A stretch of DNA of 52,436 bases from Hyphomicrobiales bacterium (GCA_038218255.1 JBBRKD010000001.1:1-52436); one strand, 5' to 3'. Counted from the first letter of the stretch, positions 19,977-29,408 are shown. Notes: a model not told the origin generated them from the letters alone. Numbers and translations are program-made.

Positions 19977-21272
19977 ATGGCTTCTCAACTGTACAATCCT
20001 GATCCATCGTCGCTCGTCACCCGCGATCATGTTCACCGCTCTGTCTACACCGATCCGGCAATCTTCGATCTTGAGATGGCGCGAATTTTTGGGCGGAGCT
20101 GGCTCTATCTCGCGCATGACAGCGAGCTGCCGAGTCCTGGCGATTATGTCGTGCGCCATATGGGCACGCAGGCGGTAATCCTGACGCGAGCGAAGGACGG
20201 GGTGGTGCACGCGATCTTCAATCGTTGCGCGCATCGCGGTGCAACGCTGTGCGCCTTTGATCGCGGCCAAGCCCCCAATGGGCATCAGTGTCCCTATCAC
20301 GGCTGGACTTTCAACGCCGACGGATCGGTGCGGTTTGTATCGCAGGCGGTGAATTATGCCGAGGTCCTAGATCCGGCCAACTCTGGCATCCCCCAAATTC
20401 GGCTGGAAAGCTATCGTGGTTTTATTTTCGGCAATCTCGATAACGATGCGGGGCCGCTGAGCGAATTTTTGGGGCATATGAAATCGACGATCGACGATCT
20501 GGTTGATCGCTCGCCAACAGGCCGGATTGAAGTCGGTGCCTACAAGCTACGGCATTATTACCGCGCTAACTGGAAAATGACATTCGAAAACTTGAACGAC
20601 ACCGTCCATCCCGGCTTTGCTCATGCCGCTTCCGTGGTCTCGGCCAAAGCCGTCGCGAATGCAGTCGGTGGCGACAATATTGTGCCGACGGTCGGCATGA
20701 TGATGGCAAACGGCAAGCCGATCCAGTTTTTTCAGGATTTGGATATGGTCACCACGCCCGGCGGCCACAGCTATATCGGTGGCCATATGGGTGCCGATTA
20801 TACGCCCAACACCGCCGATGCTTACACCGCCGCCCTGATCGCCCATCACGGGGCCGAACGCGCGCGTGAAGTGCTGTCGGTTGATCGGCATTTGATGCTG
20901 CTTTACCCATCGTCATTCTGGCACGCACGTTATCAAACGGTCCGCATTATCCGCCCGGTGCGTCACGACCTGACCGAAATGATCGGTTTCACGTTCCGCC
21001 TCATTGGCGCGCCGCCAGAAACACATGTCAACGCGATTGAATATTGCACGGGCGCGAATTCGGCCGCCTCACCTGTGATCGCCGACGATCTCGAAATTTA
21101 CGAGCGCCTCTTGCTTGGTAACCGGACAGGTAGCCAGGAATGGATCCCGATGAGCCGCGGGTTGAACGAGGATCGCGAGACGACCAACATATTTACACGA
21201 ACGCCCGCAACGTCAGAGGCGTTTATCCGGAACCAGTTTGCCAGCTGGTCCGCCATGATGGCGCGCACATGA
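19977..21272 (+). CDS. Rieske non-heme iron ring-hydroxylating oxygenase, alpha subunit (benzoate/toluate/anthranilate dioxygenase-like)
   Basis: The Rieske motif is CAHRGATLC...CPYHGW. The mononuclear iron region is NWKMTFENLNDTVHPGFAH (HxxxxH). The N-terminus VHRSVYTDPAIFDLEMARIF..WLYLAHDSELPSPGDY resembles BenA/AntA-type enzymes. Confidence 0.88.
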   Translation: MASQLYNPDPSSLVTRDHVHRSVYTDPAIFDLEMARIFGRSWLYLAHDSELPSPGDYVVRHMGTQAVILTRAKDGVVHAIFNRCAHRGATLCAFDRGQAPNGHQCPYHGWTFNADGSVRFVSQAVNYAEVLDPANSGIPQIRLESYRGFIFGNLDNDAGPLSEFLGHMKSTIDDLVDRSPTGRIEVGAYKLRHYYRANWKMTFENLNDTVHPGFAHAASVVSAKAVANAVGGDNIVPTVGMMMANGKPIQFFQDLDMVTTPGGHSYIGGHMGADYTPNTADAYTAALIAHHGAERAREVLSVDRHLMLLYPSSFWHARYQTVRIIRPVRHDLTEMIGFTFRLIGAPPETHVNAIEYCTGANSAASPVIADDLEIYERLLLGNRTGSQEWIPMSRGLNEDRETTNIFTRTPATSEAFIRNQFASWSAMMART

Positions 21273-21745
21273 CTGAGATCGAAGACTTAATCCACATTGA
21301 GGCGGCGTTGCTCGATGACCGCCGTTATCACGACTGGCTAGATTTGTTCACGCAAGACTGTCTGTATTGGGTGCCGGTGGCAGCCGAGATGGTGTCACCC
21401 CGCGATGGGCCGAGCCATTTCCATGATGACCGGCAGGTGATGATGGTCCGTACGCATCGTCTCGCCAATCCGCGCGCGTTCGGGGCTGAGCCTGCGCCAC
21501 GAACCGTGCATATCGTTTCGGGCGTTCGCATCGAGCGTGACAATGCGGACGGGATCGTCGTCGCATCGAGCCAGATCATGCTCGAATATCGCAACCGTGA
21601 CCGTTTTGAAGATGACCAACGCGTCTTTGGGGGCCGCGTGCGTCATCGCCTAATCCGTACAGAAAATGGTCTGCGCATTGCTGAAAAGCGCATTGATCTT
21701 ATCAATGCTGAAGGCGCGTTCAATGCCATGGCGGCACCAATATGA
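21269..21745 (+). CDS. Ring-hydroxylating dioxygenase beta subunit
   Basis: 158 aa. ATG 21269 overlaps the alpha stop (ATGA). IHIEAALLDDRRYHDWLDLFTQDCLYWVP...MLEYR fits the small-subunit NTF2-like fold. Confidence 0.85.
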   Translation: MTEIEDLIHIEAALLDDRRYHDWLDLFTQDCLYWVPVAAEMVSPRDGPSHFHDDRQVMMVRTHRLANPRAFGAEPAPRTVHIVSGVRIERDNADGIVVASSQIMLEYRNRDRFEDDQRVFGGRVRHRLIRTENGLRIAEKRIDLINAEGAFNAMAAPI

Positions 21746-22947
21746 ACGATCCGATCGCCTGGATCCCTTATGGTGCCTATTGGGCGACCCCGTTCGTCCG
21801 CTGGCAGGGCGCCTTTGCTGAATTGCACAGCTTGAAATTTGCAAGTTGGGTTGCGGCGCGCGCGTTGGCGAAACGCGGCATCGATCCCACTGTGTTTGAT
21901 TTCGGCGTGTTGGGATTCACCGTTCCGCAAAAGGGGAGCTTCTACGGTCTTCCCTGGGTGATGGGGGAAATTGGCGCAGTCGGCGTTGGCGGCCCGACGA
22001 TCATGCAGGCATGTGCGACCTCTGCGCGCTGTGTTCAGGTCGCGGCCGGTGAGATTGCAAGCGGAGCGGCAACAACTTCGCTCGTGCTGGCTTGTGACCG
22101 TGTTTCGAATGGCCCGCATATCTATTATCCTTCGCCATCGGCTCCGGGCGGAACCGGCGAGACCGAAAACTGGGTGATCGACAATTTTGCGCGTGATCCC
22201 TTCGCTGGCGTTGCCATGATCGAAACAGCCGAAAACGTTGCCCGAAAATGGGGTATCGAGCGGGTTGAACAAGACGATGTCACGCTTGCGCGATATGCCC
22301 AATATGACGACGCGCTTGCCGATGACCGCGCGTTTCATCGTCGCTTTATGGATTTACCCTTTGAGGTACCTGATCTGCGTTTTCGCAAGATTGCAGCGGT
22401 CCTCGACGGCGATCAAGGCGTTCAGCCTGCCAATCCGGACAAGCTACGGGCGTTGAAACCGGTGCAAGACGGGGGCAGCGTGACGTTCGCCGGCCAGACG
22501 CACCCTGCCGACGGCAATGCCGCTATAGTAGTCGCCGATCGCGACCATGCACGCGAACTTTCGCAAAGGCGCGCATTTGAAATTGCAATTCTTGGTTTTG
22601 GCATGGCCCGCGTCGAACCGGCCTTCATGCCCGCCGCACCCGTGCCCGCTGCAAAGCGGGCGCTCGACGCTGCGGGCCTGACCATCGCGCAAATCGATGT
22701 CGTTAAATCGCACAATCCTTTTGTCGTCAACGATATCGTTTTTGCGCGCGAAACGGGCTTTGATATTGCTGCGATGAATGCATTTGGCTGTTCGCTGGTC
22801 TGGGGGCATCCGCAGGGGCCAACGGGTTTGCGCGGGCTGATCGAACTGATTGAGCAACTCGCGATGCGCGGGGGTGGACGGGGATTGTTTCAAGGGTGCG
22901 CAGCGGGCGATACGGCAATGGCCGTCGTTATGGAAGTGCGCGGATGA
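21742..22947 (+). CDS. Thiolase-family protein (acyl-CoA C-acyltransferase-like)
   Basis: 401 aa with an ATGA overlap with the beta subunit. All four classical thiolase catalytic positions look present: Cys in MQACATSARC, Asn in SHNPF, His in WGHPQGPTG and Cys in GCAAGD. Confidence 0.8.
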   Translation: MNDPIAWIPYGAYWATPFVRWQGAFAELHSLKFASWVAARALAKRGIDPTVFDFGVLGFTVPQKGSFYGLPWVMGEIGAVGVGGPTIMQACATSARCVQVAAGEIASGAATTSLVLACDRVSNGPHIYYPSPSAPGGTGETENWVIDNFARDPFAGVAMIETAENVARKWGIERVEQDDVTLARYAQYDDALADDRAFHRRFMDLPFEVPDLRFRKIAAVLDGDQGVQPANPDKLRALKPVQDGGSVTFAGQTHPADGNAAIVVADRDHARELSQRRAFEIAILGFGMARVEPAFMPAAPVPAAKRALDAAGLTIAQIDVVKSHNPFVVNDIVFARETGFDIAAMNAFGCSLVWGHPQGPTGLRGLIELIEQLAMRGGGRGLFQGCAAGDTAMAVVMEVRG

Positions 22948-24434
22948 TTGCGCGGGCAGACGGAACGCGCGTTTGGGTGCCTGAAACGACCGTCGCTATA
23001 CTCGAGCGTGCAGCCACAGAACGGCCGAACGTACTGGCCCTCATCTGTGGCGAACGTGAACTCTCCTATCGCGAATATGCAGATGCGGTGTCGGGTTTGG
23101 CCAGTCGCCTTGTTGATGCTGGCGCGACGGGAAGAACTGTCGCGATTGTACTGCGCAACAGTATCGAGATATGTATCGCGATGTTTGCGGTGCATGCAGC
23201 CGGGGCGACGGCAGCCGCTTTGAATCCTGATTATACCAAATCCGAACTTGCCCCGATGTTTGCCGACGCTCAACCGGTCGTGACCCTGACGCACGATGAT
23301 CTCGCTGATCGCGTTACGGCGCTTTGTCCCGGTGAGATATGGACCGATCTCGAGACTTTGCCCCCAGTTCTGACATCGCTGCCCGCGATCGCCGACGAAA
23401 GCATCGCAACGCTGCAATTCACTGGCGGTACGACGGGCCGTCCGAAAGGGGTCATGCTCAGCCACCGCGCGATTGCGACCAATGTTGCGCAGCGTGAGGC
23501 TGTGGTTCCCTCCAATTTTGGCGATGAACGCATTATTTGCGTTATGCCGCTGTTCCATATTTTTGCGATGGCTATGGGGCTGCACCTGGCGGCCTATGCT
23601 GCGGGTACGCTTGTTATTTTGCCGCGTTATCGTCCGGACTGGGTCATGGATGCAATTGAGCGTTACGCGATAACGCGGTTTCCGGCAGGGCCAACGGTGT
23701 TTAACAGCTTACTCGGGTTCGATGGCCTTGACCGGGCCCGCTTATCGACGGTTCGCTGCGCTTATTCGGGGTCAGCTCCGCTCGCGCACGATACGCTGAC
23801 GCGCTGGGAAGCAGCGACTGGCATTCCAATCTACGAAGGCTATGGCCAGAGCGAGGCCGGGCCGATCTTGACCCATCACGGGCCCGGCATGACCTTGAAA
23901 CAAGGTTCGGTCGGTCCCGCGTTGCCGGGCACCGAAATAGGTATCGTAGGCGGTGATGTTGGAGAAATCCGAGCGCGCGCCCCACAGATTATGACTGGCT
24001 ATCTTGATCGACCCGACGAAACCGCTGCTGCGCTCAACGATGGGTGGCTCTATACTGGTGATATTGGCCGGATTGATGCCGATGGCTATCTTTTCATTGA
24101 GGACCGCAAGAAGGATATGGTGATCGTCGGCGGTTACAATGTTTATCCGCGCGAGATCGACGAGGTGCTGATGGCGCACCCCGATATCGTCGAGGCTGCC
24201 GCCATTGGCGTGCCCGACGCCTATCGCGGCGAAGTCATCTGGGCCTTTATTGTCGGTGATTTAAGTGAGGCCGCCGTTCTTGAACGCTGTGAAGCAGCGC
24301 TGGTGCGCTACAAACATCCAAACACTATCCGGTTCATCCGCGCTTTGCCGCGGACAAGCGTCGGCAAAATCGATAAACAAGCACTGAAAGTCATGGCACG
24401 GGCTGACATAGAGGGTCGTCAGAATGTCGCTTGA
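22944..24434 (+). CDS. AMP-dependent acyl/aryl-CoA ligase (class I adenylate-forming enzyme)
   Basis: Carries LQFTGGTTGRPKGVMLSH, GYGQSEAGP, YTGDIGRIDADGYLFIEDRKKDMVIVGGYNVYPREIDE and SVGKIDK. ATG 22944 overlaps the thiolase stop (ATGA). Confidence 0.85.
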   Translation: MIARADGTRVWVPETTVAILERAATERPNVLALICGERELSYREYADAVSGLASRLVDAGATGRTVAIVLRNSIEICIAMFAVHAAGATAAALNPDYTKSELAPMFADAQPVVTLTHDDLADRVTALCPGEIWTDLETLPPVLTSLPAIADESIATLQFTGGTTGRPKGVMLSHRAIATNVAQREAVVPSNFGDERIICVMPLFHIFAMAMGLHLAAYAAGTLVILPRYRPDWVMDAIERYAITRFPAGPTVFNSLLGFDGLDRARLSTVRCAYSGSAPLAHDTLTRWEAATGIPIYEGYGQSEAGPILTHHGPGMTLKQGSVGPALPGTEIGIVGGDVGEIRARAPQIMTGYLDRPDETAAALNDGWLYTGDIGRIDADGYLFIEDRKKDMVIVGGYNVYPREIDEVLMAHPDIVEAAAIGVPDAYRGEVIWAFIVGDLSEAAVLERCEAALVRYKHPNTIRFIRALPRTSVGKIDKQALKVMARADIEGRQNVA

Positions 24435-25287
24435 ACAAGTCGATTCGCTACGCACAATGTTGCTTGCCAGGCGGAGCGGCCCGCCGCCGTCGCTCGAGCA
24501 ACGGCGCGCAGGTTTCGAGGCACAAATGGCAATGATACCATTGCCGGCGGACGCAGTTTTTACGTCCGATCCGGAATTGCCCGGCTTGTGGGTCGACTTG
24601 CCCGGTGGCGATTCGTCCGCTGCGATTCTGTGGCTGCATGGCGGCGCGTTCGTCCTCGGGTCCTCTGCCAGCTATCGCGATTTTGGCTGTCGGTTGGCGG
24701 CATCAAGTGGGGTCCGGGTGTTCCTGCTCGACTACCGGCTTTCGCCCGAACATGTGTTTCCCGCTGCGCTCGACGATTCTGATGCGGCACTTGACCGGCT
24801 AACGGCGCGCGGGCTGAAATTGGCGGTGGGCGGCGATTCAGCAGGTGGCAATTTGGCGGTCGCGGCGATCCAAGCGCGTATTGCCAAGGGCCAGACTGTC
24901 CCTGACGCTTGCCTTTTGGTCTCGCCCTATCTTGATCTGACCCATATCGGGAACAGCGCTGCAACGCGCGCGCATCTTGATCCTTTCGTCGATCCAGCGA
25001 CGATGACGGCGACCGCAGCGACGTATCACGGCGATGCCGATCCCGCCGATCCGCGCGTGTCGCCATTGTTCGGCGCGATCAATGGCTTTCCGCCGACGTT
25101 AATTCAAGTCGGCTCAGACGAGGTGCTGTTCGACGACGCCAAGCGTTTTGCGGACCGCCTACCCGATGTAGTGTTTCAAGAATGGGTGGGCATGATCCAC
25201 GTCTGGCCGCTATTTGCGATTGATGAGGGCGACTGGGCGATTGTGCAAATAGGATCTTTCGTGCAGCGTCAATTGCTTCAAACCTAA
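24424..25287 (+). CDS. Alpha/beta hydrolase, hormone-sensitive-lipase (HSL) type esterase
   Basis: Has the LWLHGGAFVLGS oxyanion motif, the GDSAGGNL nucleophile elbow, a C-terminal Asp (SDEVLFDD) and His (GMIHVW). The start overlaps the ligase 3' end by 11 nt. Confidence 0.85.
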   Translation: MSLEQVDSLRTMLLARRSGPPPSLEQRRAGFEAQMAMIPLPADAVFTSDPELPGLWVDLPGGDSSAAILWLHGGAFVLGSSASYRDFGCRLAASSGVRVFLLDYRLSPEHVFPAALDDSDAALDRLTARGLKLAVGGDSAGGNLAVAAIQARIAKGQTVPDACLLVSPYLDLTHIGNSAATRAHLDPFVDPATMTATAATYHGDADPADPRVSPLFGAINGFPPTLIQVGSDEVLFDDAKRFADRLPDVVFQEWVGMIHVWPLFAIDEGDWAIVQIGSFVQRQLLQT

Positions 25288-25331
25288 AACATATTCGTTG
25301 CGCTTATGGCAAATGATGATAGCTTTTCGCG

Positions 25332-26246
25332 ATGGAGTTGCGGCAACTTAAGCATTTTCAGGAAATCGTGCGCTGCGCGAGTTTTGGCCAAGCGGCTGAT
25401 AAGCTGCATATTACGCAGCCTGCGCTAAGCAAAAGTATTCGCAATCTTGAGCGCTCGCTCGATGTGATGCTGCTCGAACGTCATCCTGGTGGCGTCACGC
25501 CGACCGAATATGGCTATGTTTTTCTCGACTATGCCACGCTGGTCACGTCCGAGCTTGAGCGTGCAGCAGATCAAATTGCAGAAATGAAGGGGCGCGGTAA
25601 AGGGGTCGTTCGCGTCGGTGCCGGGGCAACGATGCTCCAATATATAATGCCAAAAGCCGTGCGCTTGTTCATGGCGGGGGCCGATGCGGGCAGCGTTACC
25701 TTTGCCCAAGGACTTCGCGCCGATTTGCTCGCGATGTTAAGGCGTGGTGAGATCGATGTCGTCGTCGGTTCGGTCAATCCCGATCAGGTCGATGATGATC
25801 TTCGGCAGGAACTCGTGCTCGAAGATCGCCTGACAATTGTTGCTGACCGCAATCATCCGATATTGCAAACGGCAACGCCTGGCTTCGATCAACTGCGATG
25901 TTTCAAGTGGGTGCTGCCCGATGCGAGTGAATCCGAAGGCGATAGGCTGAGTCGCGCATTCCGGAGCGCGGGTGTGCAGCCGCCCGATTGTGCCGTCAGG
26001 ACCAGTTCGTCGATCTTCATGGCTTCACTGTTGCGCGACAGTGAATATCTCAGCTATCTGCCGCGCGCGCTCATTGCCAGTGATCCTGATTACAACCATC
26101 TCGTGCCAGTGACGTTAGTCGAGCCCGTCTGGTCGCGGGTGTTCGTTGGCGCGACTTATCGACGACGCGGGGTCATGCTCGCGCCAACGCGGCGTTTTAT
26201 CAATCGACTGAAGGACGTTGGCCGCGAACTTCAGCCGATGGTCTAA
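25332..26246 (+). CDS. LysR-family transcriptional regulator
   Basis: The N-terminal HTH is MELRQLKHFQEIVRCASFGQAADKLHITQPALSKSIRNLE, followed by a ~200-aa substrate-binding domain. Confidence 0.9.
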   Translation: MELRQLKHFQEIVRCASFGQAADKLHITQPALSKSIRNLERSLDVMLLERHPGGVTPTEYGYVFLDYATLVTSELERAADQIAEMKGRGKGVVRVGAGATMLQYIMPKAVRLFMAGADAGSVTFAQGLRADLLAMLRRGEIDVVVGSVNPDQVDDDLRQELVLEDRLTIVADRNHPILQTATPGFDQLRCFKWVLPDASESEGDRLSRAFRSAGVQPPDCAVRTSSSIFMASLLRDSEYLSYLPRALIASDPDYNHLVPVTLVEPVWSRVFVGATYRRRGVMLAPTRRFINRLKDVGRELQPMV

Positions 26247-26869
26247 GTTGTTACCGATGCGTTTTCGAAAAGCGTCGACCAGTCCGAAAGCGATTGAAGC
26301 ACAATCGGACGGCCATCAACCACGTGAAAAGGCATTCCGGTGACGCCGGGATCAACGCGGTACCGCTCCGTCAGTGCGAATATCGCTTCGACGTCCTGGT
26401 CAGTTCCCAGATACGCGCGTAGTTCTTTGCCCGCCATGCCCACGGCCGTCGCCAGTTCCACCAGCGTGTCAACGTCGCCGATGTAGCGCGCCTTCTCGTA
26501 AAATGCGGTGTAGATTGATTCGAGCATTTGCCGCCCCAGACCGCGCCCTTTTGCGAAATGCACTGTCCTGTGTCCGTGGATCGCATGCGCGCCATGCTCG
26601 ATCCGGTAAAAGGCAAAGGAAATCCCCACGTCAGCACCGAGCGCGATAACGCGGTCCCACATTGGATCTCGCGCTTCATCACCATATTTGCCCGTAAACA
26701 CGCCGCGAAAGCTGTGCGGTGTGGTGATCGGCAGGGTGGGATGCAACATGAAGGGGCGAAGTTCGATGTCGACTGTAACGTCGGGGAACCGCTCGATGCT
26801 CAGATCAAGGTAGCGTTTCGCAAGATAGGAAAAGGGGCAGAGAATGTCATAATAAGCGGTGATCTGCAT
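26243..26869 (-). CDS. DsbA-like thioredoxin-fold protein with a monothiol CPFS motif (HCCA-isomerase/FrnE-like)
   Basis: 208 aa. The N-terminus MQITAYYDILCPFSYLAKRY is the DsbA-family active-site position with Ser replacing the second Cys. The C-terminus has GVTGMPFHVVDG. The stop codon overlaps the convergent LysR stop. Confidence 0.7.
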   Translation of the reverse strand: MQITAYYDILCPFSYLAKRYLDLSIERFPDVTVDIELRPFMLHPTLPITTPHSFRGVFTGKYGDEARDPMWDRVIALGADVGISFAFYRIEHGAHAIHGHRTVHFAKGRGLGRQMLESIYTAFYEKARYIGDVDTLVELATAVGMAGKELRAYLGTDQDVEAIFALTERYRVDPGVTGMPFHVVDGRPIVLQSLSDWSTLFENASVTT

Positions 26870-27113
26870 GATCGCACAAACCTTGCATGAAGGACGCGTT
26901 GTCGTTGGATCGTTGACCGCTACAACCGATACACGTCCTGATTATGAAGTAGTGATAGCTACAGAGGCACTGGTCATTCCTCGCTGGGGGAGCAATATAA
27001 ACCTTACGGGCGTTCGCAAACACGCCCAAGACCGGAGCGTCGATGTTTACCCGCGATCTTAAAAGCGTCTTTCATAGTGTAACTTGGGTAAGAATTTGAA
27101 ACGCAAGTGCAGG

Positions 27114-27548
27114 TCATTTAGCCGCGGCCTCCACCCGACGCAGCAATTCGTCGAGTTTCGCTCGTTCTTCACGCGTGAGTATCCCGAACAAATCTGCCTC
27201 GGTGGTGAGCGCGAGTGGCGCGATTTCATTATAAAGCGCGCGTCCATCGTTGGTGAGTGACAGAAAGTGCGACCGGCCATCGAAAGGGTTGTTATCAATC
27301 GTCACCAAACTGCGTTCGACCAGCGCGGCGGCGGCGCGACTGACGGCGATCTTGTCCATCTGTGTGGCTTCACACAATAAAGCGGGCGTCTGGCGCGAGC
27401 TTTCGGCGAGGATGGCAATAAGGCGCCATTCGGCGATGTTGAGGCCGAAACGCTTGCGATACGTACCCGAAATTCGTGCCGAAACCGCGTTCGATGCAAC
27501 AGACAACCGATATGGGAGGAAGCGTTCAAGGATGAGCAACGATGCCAT
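27114..27548 (-). CDS. MarR-family transcriptional regulator
   Basis: 144 aa with LPYRLSVASNAVS...FGLNIAEWRLIAILAE...MDKIAVSRAAAALVERSLV...DGRSHFLSLTNDG. It is divergent from hppD. Confidence 0.88.
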   Translation of the reverse strand: MASLLILERFLPYRLSVASNAVSARISGTYRKRFGLNIAEWRLIAILAESSRQTPALLCEATQMDKIAVSRAAAALVERSLVTIDNNPFDGRSHFLSLTNDGRALYNEIAPLALTTEADLFGILTREERAKLDELLRRVEAAAK

Positions 27549-27576
27549 GAAACTTGACCATCGCCCGTTATAGATT

Positions 27577-27594
27577 TAGTTACAAGTGCAACTA
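27577..27594. promoter_or_regulatory. Candidate MarR operator palindrome in the MarR/hppD divergent region
   Basis: TAGTTACA-AG-TGCAACTA, with half-sites matching 7 of 8. It lies 29 nt from the MarR start and 16 nt upstream of the hppD GTG. Confidence 0.45.
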
Positions 27595-27609
27595 TTTCTG
27601 GAGCGTCGC

Positions 27610-28701
27610 GTGACTGACCTTTTCGATAATCCGCTGGGGCTCGACGGGTTCGAGTTTGTCGAATTCTGTTCGCCCGACAAAGGCTTGCTCGAGCCGATCT
27701 TCAAAACGATGGGGTTTGCCCGCATTGCGAGACACCGGTCGAAAGACGTCGAGTTGTGGCGGCAGGGCGGCATTAATCTGATCGCCAACTACGAACCGCG
27801 TAGCCCAGCTTCTTATTTCGCGGCCGAACATGGGCCGTCGGCGTGCGGCATGGGGTTTCGTGTGCGCAATGCCAAGGCGGCCTATGAGGAAGCGCTGCGT
27901 CGCGGGGCCGAGCCGGTCGAGACGGCGACGGGGCCGATGGAACTACGCATTCCCGCCATCCGGGGGATTGGCGGCGCGATGATCTATCTGATCGATCGTT
28001 ATGGCGACGAAGGTTCTGGCGGGCTGTCGATCTATGACATTGACTTCGATTATCTTCCCGGCGTTGACCGCAATCCGGTGGGCGCGGGGTTCCGCCTGAT
28101 CGATCATCTTACGCATAATGTTTACGGCGGGCGGATGGCGCATTGGGCAGCGTTTTACGAGCGTATCTTCAACTTTCGCGAGATCCGCTATTTTGACATC
28201 AAAGGCGAATATACCGGGCTGACGAGCCGCGCGATGACCGCGCCCGACGGCAAAATCCGCATCCCGCTGAACGAAGAAGGCAAAGCGGGCGGCGGGCAGA
28301 TCGACGAATATCTGCGCGCCTATAATGGCGAGGGGATCCAGCATATTGCGCTCATTTGCGATGACCTGATTGCCTGTATCGATCGGCTGTGCGCCAACGG
28401 CGTTGCGCTGATGTCAGCGCCGCCCGCGACCTATTATGCGATGCTTGAGGAGCGGCTGCCGGGACATGGTGAGCCGGTGGAAGAACTGAAAGCACGCGGC
28501 ATCTTGCTCGACGGTTCGACCGAAGATGGCGACCCGCGTCTGCTGCTCCAGATTTTCGCGCAGCCGAAGATCGGGCCGGTGTTCTTTGAATTTATCCAGC
28601 GCAAGAAGGACGAGGGCTTCGGCGAAGGCAATTTCACTGCGCTTTTCAAGTCGATCGAGCGTGAGCAGATGGAGCGCGGGGTGCTGGAGCAGGCATCGTG
28701 A
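27610..28701 (+). CDS. hppD: 4-hydroxyphenylpyruvate dioxygenase
   Basis: Near-colinear with Pseudomonas-type HPPD as I recall it: [58 protein letters not shown] and [30 protein letters not shown] trimmed the start to GTG 27610, with GGAG 6 nt upstream. Confidence 0.92.
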   Translation: MTDLFDNPLGLDGFEFVEFCSPDKGLLEPIFKTMGFARIARHRSKDVELWRQGGINLIANYEPRSPASYFAAEHGPSACGMGFRVRNAKAAYEEALRRGAEPVETATGPMELRIPAIRGIGGAMIYLIDRYGDEGSGGLSIYDIDFDYLPGVDRNPVGAGFRLIDHLTHNVYGGRMAHWAAFYERIFNFREIRYFDIKGEYTGLTSRAMTAPDGKIRIPLNEEGKAGGGQIDEYLRAYNGEGIQHIALICDDLIACIDRLCANGVALMSAPPATYYAMLEERLPGHGEPVEELKARGILLDGSTEDGDPRLLLQIFAQPKIGPVFFEFIQRKKDEGFGEGNFTALFKSIEREQMERGVLEQAS

Positions 28702-29252
28702 GTGTTCCTTTCAGCACGCAGCGCATCCATCATGTGGCCTATCGGTGTCGCGATGCGAAGGCGACGGTCGACTGGTATGAACGAGTCCTTGGCTTCCGCT
28801 ATACCAATGCGTTTGCCGAGGATCATGTGCCTTCTACCGGCGATTATGATCCGTATATGCATGTTTTCCTTAATTGCGGCGGTGGCAATGTTGTGGCGTT
28901 TTTCGAATTGCCGAACCAGCCCGACATGGGCCGTGACCAAGCAACACCGGCATGGGTGCAGCATCTGGCGTTCGAAGTGGCGGACTTCGATATGCTGCGC
29001 GCGGCAAAAGCGCATATCGAGGGGCAGGGCGTCGACGTGCTTGGGCCGACCTACCACGGCATTTTCCACTCGATCTATTTTTTCGATCCTAATGGCCACC
29101 GGTTGGAGCTGGCGTGCAACATCGGCACGGTCGATCAATATGCCGAACTCGAACGCGTCGCGCCAATGATGCTTGACGAGTGGGCACAAACGAAAAAAGC
29201 GCCCCGCCACGCCGACTGGCTGCATGTGGACCGGGGCTCGCTTGGCGAATGA
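28698..29252 (+). CDS. VOC-superfamily (glyoxalase/bleomycin resistance/extradiol dioxygenase fold) protein
   Basis: 184 aa with a GTG start overlapping the hppD stop (GTGA). Candidate metal ligands sit in [17 protein letters not shown] and GHRLELA. Confidence 0.75.
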   Translation: MSVPFSTQRIHHVAYRCRDAKATVDWYERVLGFRYTNAFAEDHVPSTGDYDPYMHVFLNCGGGNVVAFFELPNQPDMGRDQATPAWVQHLAFEVADFDMLRAAKAHIEGQGVDVLGPTYHGIFHSIYFFDPNGHRLELACNIGTVDQYAELERVAPMMLDEWAQTKKAPRHADWLHVDRGSLGE

Positions 29253-29408
29253 AACGCTCATCATTCATAACTATGCGAGCGCAGCCGATCAGCGCTTTGC
29301 AATGCCGCCTAAAGCTTTTGTCACTGACGTGACGCATGAAGCGGACAGCACGTTTCTGAGAGCACAGATCGTTTTTGTTAATGCTTGCAAACCGTCAAAG
29401 TGATGCCC

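Noticed and set aside
21643-23585. Two 231-aa minus-strand ORFs (21643-22338 and 22890-23585) inside the thiolase and ligase genes
   Set aside because: They are Arg/His/Cys-rich antisense frames with no domain signatures. The sense genes carry complete thiolase and AMP-ligase motifs and are translationally coupled.
26870-27113. 244-bp AT-richer gap between the DsbA-like and MarR genes, with small ORFs (67 aa at 26859-27062, 60 aa and 79 aa on the minus strand)
   Set aside because: The ORFs have no Shine-Dalgarno and no recognisable motifs, and they overlap one another in different frames. I found no convincing hairpin, repeat or RNA motif by eye. I treat the gap as plain intergenic/promoter DNA.
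28434-29264. 276-aa minus-strand ORF overlapping the hppD 3' end and the VOC gene
   Set aside because: It is antisense to two motif-supported genes. Its composition is typical of a high-GC shadow ORF.
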